In this document: positions 8,170 to 16,729 of the stretch, in pieces | How positions within the stretch are numbered: the stretch's first letter is position 1 | How the letters are laid out: each line of letters opens with the position of its first letter | DNA from: an uncultured archaeon | Lineage (GTDB): Archaea; Asgardarchaeota; Heimdallarchaeia; Heimdallarchaeales; Kariarchaeaceae | NCBI GenBank assembly: GCA_964645535.1 | Contig: CAZYCQ010000034.1 | Coordinates: 2,204-19,079 of the forward strand | DNA: 16,876 bases | Reading direction: 5' to 3' | The notes under the pieces: generated by a model | What the model was told of the DNA's origin: nothing | The model's database searches: none | What the model saw: the letters and a program-made list of their open reading frames with translations, nothing else | Program-made: the position numbers and the translations under genes

Positions 8170-8643
8170 TCAATCGCGGCGATAGATGAATTCCCTTATG
8201 ATTTCCTTGCGGGCATTGGCAAAGCCTTGATCCTCACCCGACTTGACAAAGCCGTTCTTTTCAAGCACATGTTGAGATGCCACATTGTCCGCTGCGGTTC
8301 GGGAATAGATCGGCCTTTGCAGGACCTCCTTCAACAAGAGTTCAAGTGCCTTTGTTGCGATTCCTTTTCCCCAATGCCTCCTGTCAATCCAGTACGTGAT
8401 TTCAGGTTCCCCTTCAATCTCAAATTTGATGATGTGGCCGCACACCTCTCCTTCAAGGAGGATGGTACGGGCGACTACACTGTCCATTGCAAGGATTTTT
8501 CTCCAATGAGCATCAAAGGCACTTCTGTCCTGAAAATTCTCAGGAATGAATGCGGCCATCCATTGGGCATCTTGATCCTGCTCGTGCCTGAAAAAGTGGT
8601 CAAGGTCTGCTTCCTGAAATGCACGCAATTGCACATTTTCCAT
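8170..8643 (-). CDS. GNAT family N-acetyltransferase (RimJ/RimL-like)
   Basis: 'YWIDRRHWGKGIATKAL' acetyl-CoA motif and 'DNVASQHVLEKNGF'. Start moved to ATG 8643 (MENVQLR) to avoid a 65-nt overlap with the DinB gene; GTG 8667 is an alternative. Confidence 0.92.
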   Translation of the reverse strand: MENVQLRAFQEADLDHFFRHEQDQDAQWMAAFIPENFQDRSAFDAHWRKILAMDSVVARTILLEGEVCGHIIKFEIEGEPEITYWIDRRHWGKGIATKALELLLKEVLQRPIYSRTAADNVASQHVLEKNGFVKSGEDQGFANARKEIIREFIYRRD

Positions 8644-8668
8644 GCGTTTCTTCCAAGGGGATTGCACT

Positions 8669-9163
8669 TCACTTTTTCGCAGGGGTACCGGCCTGATGGC
8701 TGTCAATGTACGGGTTGAAGTCAGTTTCCGCAATTGTTTCCTTGCCTAGGTAGCGGAGGACGAGTGCCATCTGGCCGCGATGGTAGGTGTTGTGTCCTAT
8801 CAGGTTGAAGAGTACATTGGAGGAATTGGTGTGCGTGACAGTCCATTCAGCACCCCAATCCAACGTCAAATCCTGCCTTTGATGATGTGTCACTTTCTCG
8901 ATGAAGAGCTGGTCAAGGCGTTCCCATGCGGCGATCAGGTCCTTGAAATCGTCAGGAAGGGACGGCCTTTCCTTGGGTACCCCACCAGCATCGAGAACAC
9001 TAAACCAGAAGGAGTACACCTCAATCCCATGCATCAGGATACTTTTGAGGGATTTACCGGTTCCGGGCAGTTGCCTTTCATCCTGCTCTTGGAATTCAAG
9101 GCAATAATCGCGGTAGATGGCATTTGCCCACTGGTTGTACTTGGTCAGTTCGAATAAGTCCAT
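8669..9163 (-). CDS. DinB family protein (DinB/YfiT-like, His metal site)
   Basis: 'YNQWAN', 'SLKSILMH', 'HNTYHRGQMALVLRYLG...TDF'. Confidence 0.9.
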   Translation of the reverse strand: MDLFELTKYNQWANAIYRDYCLEFQEQDERQLPGTGKSLKSILMHGIEVYSFWFSVLDAGGVPKERPSLPDDFKDLIAAWERLDQLFIEKVTHHQRQDLTLDWGAEWTVTHTNSSNVLFNLIGHNTYHRGQMALVLRYLGKETIAETDFNPYIDSHQAGTPAKK

Positions 9164-9394
9164 AATGGTTCTAAAGGTACAGGAATAAAAGGATGATTAA
9201 GAAGGGATTGGATTTGCCGTTGTTGGAGGGGAGTATGAGACAGCAACCCTCGAGCTATCAAGGAAGATTTTAATCCCAAAGAAAAGCGATGAGCAGATAG
9301 GAAGAGTTGACGAGATTGAAATACCCGGTGATTTTCGGTGAATAGATGATACGGAATATGAAAAGGGCGATGAGTGCGAGGACAAAACAGTGGA

Positions 9395-9411
9395 GAAAAA
9401 AGCATAAATAT
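9395..9411 (+). promoter_or_regulatory. Putative BRE/TATA promoter of the membrane-protein gene
   Basis: GAAAAAAGC-ATAAATAT, ending 20 nt upstream of ATG 9432. Confidence 0.45.
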
Positions 9412-9431
9412 TACCCATATATGGAACATTA

Positions 9432-10046
9432 ATGACGTACAGTGATGGGTTCATAACATACCTCAAGATAACGATGGTAGCCAATATGGTGATGAATGCC
9501 CTGCTTTTTTCATTTCTGCGTTTTCTTCCGTATACTGAATCCCCCACATCTTCGATCTATTTTTTTGTTTCTGCAATTGCAGGACTTTTAGGGCTCACTC
9601 TTTTGATTTGGGGTATGGTTTCTGCACCAGCAATGAAAGAGAGAATTGGATGGGGGATTCCGCTAATATCTTTTTTGTTCAACTTCTTCTTTCAACCAAA
9701 GGGAATTAAAGTTGAGGAGATCATACCCATGTTTGCATTACGATCGATCATTCTCTATGTGACAGGAGCCATAGCTGTCTACCTCATTGCAGACTTGAAA
9801 CAATGGAACAGGTTGGTACTTGCATTTGGATTATTGGTGATCACGGACACCAGCATCCTATGGACCATTTTTTACACCTTTAAGATTGAATTTTCCAACC
9901 TGGTTTTCGATATCATCATCAGCAACCTAAGTGTCATTGTAAGGATCAGCATTTTTGGCATTCTCTTTTTCTATGCAGACCGCTTGAAATGGAAGGATGT
10001 TCAAATCGGCCAATATCCCGACTTTCCCGTGTTGACCGAGAATTGA
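9432..10046 (+). CDS. Hypothetical polytopic membrane protein (~6 TM)
   Basis: 204-aa ORF made of about six hydrophobic segments and a polar C-tail; fills the gap between DinB and DUF3179; no family recognised. Confidence 0.7.
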   Translation: MTYSDGFITYLKITMVANMVMNALLFSFLRFLPYTESPTSSIYFFVSAIAGLLGLTLLIWGMVSAPAMKERIGWGIPLISFLFNFFFQPKGIKVEEIIPMFALRSIILYVTGAIAVYLIADLKQWNRLVLAFGLLVITDTSILWTIFYTFKIEFSNLVFDIIISNLSVIVRISIFGILFFYADRLKWKDVQIGQYPDFPVLTEN

Positions 10047-10100
10047 GCACTACAAATTTTTGGAGTGAGAGTAATTATAGGGCCAATATCAGGATAAATT

Positions 10101-11003
10101 GTGAGAAGACCAAAACGGGAGGATTTTCCCTATTTCGGCACTGAAAAGACAATCATTGACATAGAGGAACTGGTTCCCGGTTGTTCAAGACCTGATTGCA
10201 TCCCATCTTTAGATTCTCCAAATTGGGTGACTGCACAACAGGCCAATGCCATATATGGAAAAACTGACGAATTTGTCTGCATCAAGCATGATAAAGAGGT
10301 CTATGCAGCCCCATTGAAGATACTGAACCTGCATGAGATCGTGAACTTCATGGCAGAAGACGGCACTCCGTTGGCAATTACCTTTTGTCCGCTCTGCCAG
10401 ACGGAATCAGGCTATATTAGAACGTTGGAGAGTGGAGAAACTGTTGAATTGGGAGTCAGCGGACTTTTGTGGAACAGTGCCTTGGTTCTGTACGATCGCA
10501 AGACCTTGACGCTTTTTTCGCAGGTGCTTTCAAAGGGGATTGTCGGACCTTTGGCCGGCATCTATCTCAAGAAAATCCCCACCTTCCAGACCACACTCCT
10601 TCGACTTTCAGCGGAGTTTCCAAATGCAAGAATATTGGATAAGGAAACAGGTTCAGACCGGGCAAAGCATTATGACCGGGAGGTATACGGCGATTACCTA
10701 TCAAGTGACCGGATCATTTTCCCTGTCAAGCACTGGGATGATCGACTGAAACCCAAGGAATTGGTGCACACCATTAAGGTAGGTGATGAACATTTAATTG
10801 TCAGACATGAAGATCTCTTGAAATATGAGGGGGCAGTCGCCATTGCGGACGACATTATCTCCGTGAAGGTTGCAGGGTTTCCACTTTTCTTCAGGGAAAG
10901 GTTTGATTGGAAGAGGTGGGTTCCTTCAGACTTCTCATTCTATTTCACTGCTAGGGCTTACTTTCCAGAGGGACACATTGTGGAAATCAAGAAGAAGATC
11001 TAA
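10101..11003 (+). CDS. DUF3179 domain-containing protein (CxxC)
   Basis: 'CIPSLDSP', 'PLKILNLHEIVN', 'ITFCPLC', 'LGVSGLLWNSALVLYDRKT.TLFSQ', 'D.RL.PKE.V'. GTG start with TAATTATA 21 nt upstream. Confidence 0.9.
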   Translation: MRRPKREDFPYFGTEKTIIDIEELVPGCSRPDCIPSLDSPNWVTAQQANAIYGKTDEFVCIKHDKEVYAAPLKILNLHEIVNFMAEDGTPLAITFCPLCQTESGYIRTLESGETVELGVSGLLWNSALVLYDRKTLTLFSQVLSKGIVGPLAGIYLKKIPTFQTTLLRLSAEFPNARILDKETGSDRAKHYDREVYGDYLSSDRIIFPVKHWDDRLKPKELVHTIKVGDEHLIVRHEDLLKYEGAVAIADDIISVKVAGFPLFFRERFDWKRWVPSDFSFYFTARAYFPEGHIVEIKKKI

Positions 11004-11054
11004 ACCAGAAAATAATCCGGCTGTTGAGGAAACAAAATCATTTATTAGCAAGAA

Positions 11055-12851
11055 TCAATCATTGAAAAAATGATAAGTGTTCAAAATAAGCTCAGCAAGA
11101 GTTTGACCTTGAATTACCCTCTTAAATTGACTTGTGAAATGGTAATATGAAAGATCAATAGAGGGCAAGAAAAGAAGATCATTGGGATGGAAAATCCACC
11201 TAAATTGCCTGAGTTGTTTATATGTATGGAGAATCGGCGTCAAGACGTTTCCTTGGTTTAATGAGCACAAAAAGAAAATTCGACCCACATTTTTCTCTTT
11301 TCCAAGTCGATGAATGAACCATCTATAAAAGGAAAAAATATCGATTTCGCCCAACTCCTGCATTGCTTCCTTTATAATTGTTTCAACTTCAGTGTCAGAA
11401 TTCAGATCCTGAATTTCCTTCAAGACAGAACTAAGAGAGATTTTGGGAGATAAGTTATCGGCAGGGTTAATATGTGGGATAGGTGAAGAAGAAAATTCGT
11501 AGAAAGTACTATTTTCAAAAGTATTCAATTCAGAAAATATTTCATGGCAAACCTCATCGAATTGGGCAGGGCTACAACTGTTCTCTGACTTGAAACGCTT
11601 AATGATTTCCATTGTCAGTAAATCATTGGCTTGGTTTAAACTTGAAATGAAAAACGCCACATAAATATGATTAAGCCCAACACTATCGGCACCCCAATTT
11701 GTTGCAAGGTCAACACTTCTTCTAATAAATCCACCGAGTTCCCTAAATTTTAGGGTAACATAACCATAAGTTTCTGCCAAAATGCGAGATAGGTCAAGAA
11801 GAGCCCAAACAGCATCTTGAGAGAATTCCATTTGGTTTTTTTGTTTTTTAATTTCTTGACTGATAAATTGTAGGAGACCCGAATGATAATTCGGAATTTC
11901 TTTTGTTTCATTCGGAAGCATGACCTCATATCCATATCCTTGAAATCGAGACCGAAGGGCAGGATGCAAAAGGTTTACTGTTTCTTTGTTTCCAGCGGCC
12001 ACGAGGGCAAAATCACAAGGAATGGGATCGGATCTCACTGCGGATGAGGATGAGCCTTCAGAATTTCCAGAAATCGGGAGTTTTTTTTCTTGTAGAACAG
12101 ACAGCAACTTTATTTGGGTAGAGTATTTTAACGTTCCAATTTCATCAATATACAGGGTTCCTCCATTTGCCCTGTGGACAGAACCAGGGATCAACCGTTT
12201 GTGAGCGGGAATCGCAAGATTTCCAGACTGATATGGATCATGGAGGACGTCCCCAAAAAGACCATTATCTGCTTGACCAGTTGCATCTACAAAGGGTGAC
12301 TTCCCCCCTTTTATCAGTATTTCGAATTCATCTTTCGGAGACCCATGTGTAGTTTGATTTATTTGAAAAGCCTTCCAAGTCTCAAAAGAAATAAGAACAA
12401 GCAGAAGCAAAAGGATCGAGGTTGTGTTGAAACCATCAAAGAACATTATTTTTCCCAAAATAAGCGAAAAGATAATGTAAAATATGTTTGATCGCAGTTT
12501 TTGAGTCCAAGGTTTGATTGACATTTGTTCTGCATAATCTTGAATTGCAGGTTCTGCGTTTCCAGCCTTTACAAGAAGGATCTTCGGACGAAAGGGATTG
12601 TCGGGGTTTTGCTTCGCGATGATGTCATAGGTGGAATAAGAGGGCTGAAGCTCAGAGTAAGCTTTTCCTAACATAGATTTACCGATACCAGGAGATCCAA
12701 TTAGTAAAACATTGCGCCTGTTTTTGGCTGCAATTTTTACAATTTCCTTTGCATGATTTTGACCGATAACTTGGTCAATTATTTTTTCAGTTTGCTTAAG
12801 TGATAGAACACCTTTGTATTTCATCTGATAGAATAAACTGTCAAGATTCAT
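11055..12851 (-). CDS. lonB: Archaeal LonB-like membrane AAA+ ATPase with a degenerate (probably inactive) protease domain
   Basis: 'IDQVIGQNHA', Walker A GSPGIGKS, two-TM insertion, 'PFVDATG...LFGDVLHDPYQSG.L..PAH.R', Walker B LYIDEI, 'AAGN', 'HPALRSRFQGYGYEV', 'TLKFRELGG'. No GDSAS motif in the C-domain. Start is ATG 12851 or GTG 12857, overlapping the upstream gene. Confidence 0.9.
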   Translation of the reverse strand: MNLDSLFYQMKYKGVLSLKQTEKIIDQVIGQNHAKEIVKIAAKNRRNVLLIGSPGIGKSMLGKAYSELQPSYSTYDIIAKQNPDNPFRPKILLVKAGNAEPAIQDYAEQMSIKPWTQKLRSNIFYIIFSLILGKIMFFDGFNTTSILLLLLVLISFETWKAFQINQTTHGSPKDEFEILIKGGKSPFVDATGQADNGLFGDVLHDPYQSGNLAIPAHKRLIPGSVHRANGGTLYIDEIGTLKYSTQIKLLSVLQEKKLPISGNSEGSSSSAVRSDPIPCDFALVAAGNKETVNLLHPALRSRFQGYGYEVMLPNETKEIPNYHSGLLQFISQEIKKQKNQMEFSQDAVWALLDLSRILAETYGYVTLKFRELGGFIRRSVDLATNWGADSVGLNHIYVAFFISSLNQANDLLTMEIIKRFKSENSCSPAQFDEVCHEIFSELNTFENSTFYEFSSSPIPHINPADNLSPKISLSSVLKEIQDLNSDTEVETIIKEAMQELGEIDIFSFYRWFIHRLGKEKNVGRIFFLCSLNQGNVLTPILHTYKQLRQFRWIFHPNDLLFLPSIDLSYYHFTSQFKRVIQGQTLAELILNTYHFFND

Positions 12852-15447
12852 GACCACACCACTTACAAGTTATTTCATCCGCTGAAACAATAAAAGTGCA
12901 AGAATTGCATGTTTTTTGCTTGTGGGAAGAAATTTTTCGTTTGACCTTTAGTTTTCTCGGAATTAAAGAAATAAAGAGACCAATTAAGAAAGAGATCAAA
13001 AACCATTGAATTAATCCTGGCAAAAATAGTTCAGTATCAATAACAATTTGCTCCACATTACCATTTGCAAAGATAAGATAAAGTTCTGTCTTCATTCGAT
13101 CCTTTAAATCAAGGGGTAAAGGTACAATCATAAAATGCTCTTTCTTTCCAACAGGAGTTATTTTTCTTTCTCCGTCAGTAATTTGTAAGAGATATTGGAT
13201 TGTTTCAGATGCTCTTAACCTTATTTGGACAAAAAGAGGAAACTGAACGGCATATGCAAAGATTTCCCCTTCATTTGGCAAATATCCGAGAGCATGTAAG
13301 AGGAAGTCTATGGTAGCATGCTCTGGAAGACCGAGAGCTATGTTAAATTCCTGAAGAAGATCAAGAAGCATGTACGATGAACTTATGTGGATCAATTTGC
13401 CGTTACCTATCCGAATGAAATATGCATTGGATAAGTTGTTCGACACTGGATTTTTTACTAAAAGGGTGGGAAAATCGACTGAGACATTAAAAGCCTTTGG
13501 AGTATCAGACAGGAACGGAAATGTTGCATTATCTCCATGAAATGTGTTGTTTCTCTCAGGAAAGGACATAAAGGAAATATCTTGCACGTAAGAAATTATA
13601 TTATCCCTGTTGTCGTAAAAGGATTTATTTCCGAAGATTTCAAAACCGAAATTGAACATTGGATCAATAAGTGTAAGATTTAATGGTGAAAACCAAGAAA
13701 ATGGAATGAATTGGGGGTGAAAAACGGATGAATTTGTTTGACCAAAAAACCCTTCAAAATCTTCCCCACCAAACAGGACGGATTTTCCACTTTTAATGAA
13801 TTCATAAACAGCATTTTCAAACGTCATGGAGGAATTTAATTCAGGATCAATAATGATTAAGCTTTGGAATTTTTCAAGTGTATGTACATTTGGCTCTTCA
13901 TAAATTGAATAAAGGGCAATTCCTTGGTATGCAAGGTAAGTTTCGAAGGAGTGATATATTCCTGAAGCGGTATCTTGAAGCATGATTGATGTATCATTTT
14001 CCAAATGTCGTACCATTCCTATCTGAAATTTCGGAACCACTATCGAAATGGAAAACGACTGTGATAGAACATCAATGTTATTTTGGAGGGATATTTCAAT
14101 ATCAAACCTTCCAGGTTGTTCAGGAACATCAGTTATCGTTACTTCAAGAACCAAAATACCTGAGAATGTAGGAACTCGTAAATCCACATGATTACCCAAA
14201 GGACTGATGTGGACATCAAGATATTGGATCTGAAATAAATCATTATCGGGTTCAAATACAGAATATGTCAAATGATAACGGAATTCTTCGCCTAACCAAA
14301 GATAGGATGATGAAGTGAGGTTCCCTACAGATTTAGTAGGAGAACGATACGGAAAGATAAAGGGTTCGATATTAATCAATGATTTTACAGCGGATTTCTT
14401 TAAAGTTTCAAAAAGTTCTGAAAAGTTAATTATTCCTCTTCCTGCAAAATTGTTTTTGTCGGAGGATTCCCAGCTGATTGAAGTTTGCAAGATTCCATTT
14501 TTCAGCTCAAAAGGAGAGATATTTGATCGTATAGACTTTCCAAGTACCTGAACCAGACCTGCAGCAAGGAATGCACAAGGAATATCAAAAGAAGTTTCCA
14601 ATCCATCTGGTAGAGTTGCGTTTTGAAGTTGATCGAAAAAGCCATCATAGAACTCTTTGCTATCCAAAAATGGAACTGCAATATCGGCACGTGCATTGGT
14701 TTCATAGTTGGACCTTGATTGAAGAGGATGTAGAGTATATTGCAATGGCGAATATGGATCAATATATTCGGGAGAAGATTTCGTGACAACGCCAACACGC
14801 AATATTTCGGGGAAAAATGACAACGGATTTACCAAATCCAAATCAAAGCCATAATTTCCAAACGGAGAGATCACGAGAGTCCCTTCACTCACCAAACGGG
14901 TAATTTCGCCCTCTAAAATCCCAAGGTTGAACGGAGAGATAGGGGAAAGTAACAAGACAATGTCCGTTTTTTCAATTGACTTTAAAGTTTCCAATATAAG
15001 GGTATTATTCACATTATGGTAAGTTTCTCTAACTTCGTAGACTGAAATTGACGTGTGATTTAGAATGTCTATTTCATATGAAGAGTACATAGAAAGAATG
15101 AGGTCGGTATAGGTAACCAGATTTCCTTCTGAATCTATGGTGGAGTTCACCATATTGACGTCCACAACATTTCCAACATTATTCCAAAGATTGAGGCCAT
15201 CTCCAACAATGGAAATTGAAATATTCCGAAGCCACTTATTTGGAAGCCTGTCATACCCAGTCAGAGCTTTTGCTACGGAAATTGAAATTGGAAAACTCTT
15301 GCCTTCGTTTTCATTAATCTGTCCCTGATAAATAATGGGGTTCTCAGTTTTCACTTTTCCAAAGGAGAATGGGGTGAACAAAATAGATAAGATCATTAAG
15401 GAAAGCAACGAAATACGAACTAAACCAGCCATAAAAGTTGTCACCAT
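12841..15447 (-). CDS. Membrane-anchored S8 subtilase homolog (Site-1-protease/MBTPS1-like layout), catalytically degenerate, with a cytoplasmic zinc ribbon
   Basis: Colinear S8 landmarks: ISIVGDGL, DSEGNLVT, VISPFGNYG, PEILRVG, SR...ADIAVP, ETSFD, PFELKNGILQTS, AGRGIIN. Then an Ig-like region, a GATase-like domain 'TYLAYQGI...FQSLIIIDPE...EFIKSGKSVLFGGE', a TM, a basic stretch and CNSC-x10-CKWC. Alternative start ATG 15432. Confidence 0.72.
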   Translation of the reverse strand: MVTTFMAGLVRISLLSLMILSILFTPFSFGKVKTENPIIYQGQINENEGKSFPISISVAKALTGYDRLPNKWLRNISISIVGDGLNLWNNVGNVVDVNMVNSTIDSEGNLVTYTDLILSMYSSYEIDILNHTSISVYEVRETYHNVNNTLILETLKSIEKTDIVLLLSPISPFNLGILEGEITRLVSEGTLVISPFGNYGFDLDLVNPLSFFPEILRVGVVTKSSPEYIDPYSPLQYTLHPLQSRSNYETNARADIAVPFLDSKEFYDGFFDQLQNATLPDGLETSFDIPCAFLAAGLVQVLGKSIRSNISPFELKNGILQTSISWESSDKNNFAGRGIINFSELFETLKKSAVKSLINIEPFIFPYRSPTKSVGNLTSSSYLWLGEEFRYHLTYSVFEPDNDLFQIQYLDVHISPLGNHVDLRVPTFSGILVLEVTITDVPEQPGRFDIEISLQNNIDVLSQSFSISIVVPKFQIGMVRHLENDTSIMLQDTASGIYHSFETYLAYQGIALYSIYEEPNVHTLEKFQSLIIIDPELNSSMTFENAVYEFIKSGKSVLFGGEDFEGFFGQTNSSVFHPQFIPFSWFSPLNLTLIDPMFNFGFEIFGNKSFYDNRDNIISYVQDISFMSFPERNNTFHGDNATFPFLSDTPKAFNVSVDFPTLLVKNPVSNNLSNAYFIRIGNGKLIHISSSYMLLDLLQEFNIALGLPEHATIDFLLHALGYLPNEGEIFAYAVQFPLFVQIRLRASETIQYLLQITDGERKITPVGKKEHFMIVPLPLDLKDRMKTELYLIFANGNVEQIVIDTELFLPGLIQWFLISFLIGLFISLIPRKLKVKRKISSHKQKTCNSCTFIVSADEITCKWCGHES

Positions 15448-15451
15448 GAAA

Positions 15452-16729
15452 CTATTTCTTCAAATCCCTTGACCAATTAAATGGTTTATAGGATTTCTTT
15501 AAAAAGGATCGACCCGCTTTTGTTCCAAATAGTATTCGGAGCATTAAATAAGCGATGATAAGGAAACCGACCACAAGACCCCAATTGCGGTTCGTTTTGG
15601 AAGAAGCAGATGATTGACCCAAATCATCACGTAAAATCTCTCCATTTTCAGTGAGAACCAACACACTTACCTCAATTGAAGATCCTCTGTTTCCTAGAGC
15701 ATCATAGGGTGTTACTAAAATAGAATAAGCATAGTAACGGGCTTTAAGGGCATCAGTCAAATCTACTTGATTTTCATGGACAGTATCCAAATACTCGCCA
15801 TCAATTTCTATGTCATAATGATCAGGGTTAGAGAACTGATCCTCTGCAAACCAATGAAGTACAAAGGGATCATTTTCCCGTATCTCTAGATGAGGAACGG
15901 AAAGGTACTCAGTTGTTATAAGATTTAATCCAATGAATTCAATCACGGGACCTTCACTGTCGATTATTATATTTATTGACTTACTTATCCAGATACGGGA
16001 GTAATCCATTGCACGAATTGTTAAATTTGTGGGAGATGAAGAGGAAGACCCCAATTCTAATCCATGAGATCTAAAATATGTTGAATTCACAAAGTACCGG
16101 GTATTGTTTTCCTCTGAAATAGGAGGCCCATCCATATCAATAGCAAAATAGACATCCCCATTCTTCAAAATCTCTATGGCAATCAGTCTAATATCTTCAA
16201 TGATTTCAAAATTCAGGATATGGCGAGGTGACACTATTTCATTCTCTGAAAGACCAACCAACGAAATTTTCGGAGGCTGAAGATCAAAGGGAATTATGAC
16301 CAATGGAACATGCTTTGTTATTTCTGTGCCATTGACATCAATTTTAATTTCAAAGGTTGTTTCTCTTGGTTGAATATCCAAAAAATTGTTCCGGGAAACA
16401 TTCCATTGTCCAGATCCTATATTTTCAAATTGCAAAAAGATTTGTGTGGAAATGGTACTGAGTCCCTCAGTGTCAACGAGCCAAAAGGTTGGATTGGCAT
16501 TTACCTCAACAGTCTCGGAAGAAGTGGTATTGATTAGGGTCAAGGTCAAAAATAATGATGAATTTTGTGTTATCTCAATGGAGGAAATTGAATCATTTAA
16601 CAGAATGTCCAAAGACGAGTCATCAATATTATGAATTTGAGGAATAGTGACAATTGGATGACCGAGATTAGACATAAAATTTGGCATGAAGATAAGACTT
16701 AGTGACAGACACAATAATATTTTTTTCAT
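15452..16729 (-). CDS. Surface glycoprotein with Ig-like domains and a C-terminal TM anchor
   Basis: Start reassigned to ATG 16729 (MKKILLCLSLSL signal peptide; TTTTTAAT about 20 nt upstream). Ig-like signatures 'DLQPPKI...LTIRAMDYSR' and 'DSEGPVI...W..ED....PDHY.I.IDG...ILVTPYDALGN'. TM 'WGLVVGFLIIAYLMLRILF'. Many sequons. The stop lies 4 nt from the next start. Confidence 0.8.
   Translation of the reverse strand: MKKILLCLSLSLIFMPNFMSNLGHPIVTIPQIHNIDDSSLDILLNDSISSIEITQNSSLFLTLTLINTTSSETVEVNANPTFWLVDTEGLSTISTQIFLQFENIGSGQWNVSRNNFLDIQPRETTFEIKIDVNGTEITKHVPLVIIPFDLQPPKISLVGLSENEIVSPRHILNFEIIEDIRLIAIEILKNGDVYFAIDMDGPPISEENNTRYFVNSTYFRSHGLELGSSSSSPTNLTIRAMDYSRIWISKSINIIIDSEGPVIEFIGLNLITTEYLSVPHLEIRENDPFVLHWFAEDQFSNPDHYDIEIDGEYLDTVHENQVDLTDALKARYYAYSILVTPYDALGNRGSSIEVSVLVLTENGEILRDDLGQSSASSKTNRNWGLVVGFLIIAYLMLRILFGTKAGRSFLKKSYKPFNWSRDLKK

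Noticed and set aside
8161-8718. 185-aa plus-strand ORF
   Set aside because: It lies antisense to the well-supported GNAT and has no recognisable motifs; shadow ORF.
8644-8733. N-terminal extension of the GNAT in the ORF track
   Set aside because: It overlaps the DinB 3' end and precedes the normal start of the fold.
8780-9157. 125-aa plus-strand ORF and a nested 68-aa ORF
   Set aside because: Antisense to the DinB gene; shadow ORFs.
9145-9547. 94-aa and 116-aa minus-strand ORFs
   Set aside because: They span the divergent promoter region and overlap neighbouring genes; the composition is low-complexity or atypical.
10048-10067. Short hairpin cactacaaa-tt-tttggagtg after the membrane-protein gene
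   Set aside because: Only 8/9 bp with a tiny loop; too weak to call a terminator.
11055-15447. Calling the Lon and S8 genes pseudogenes
   Set aside because: Both reading frames are long and uninterrupted, with conserved structural or ATPase motifs and tight gene coupling.
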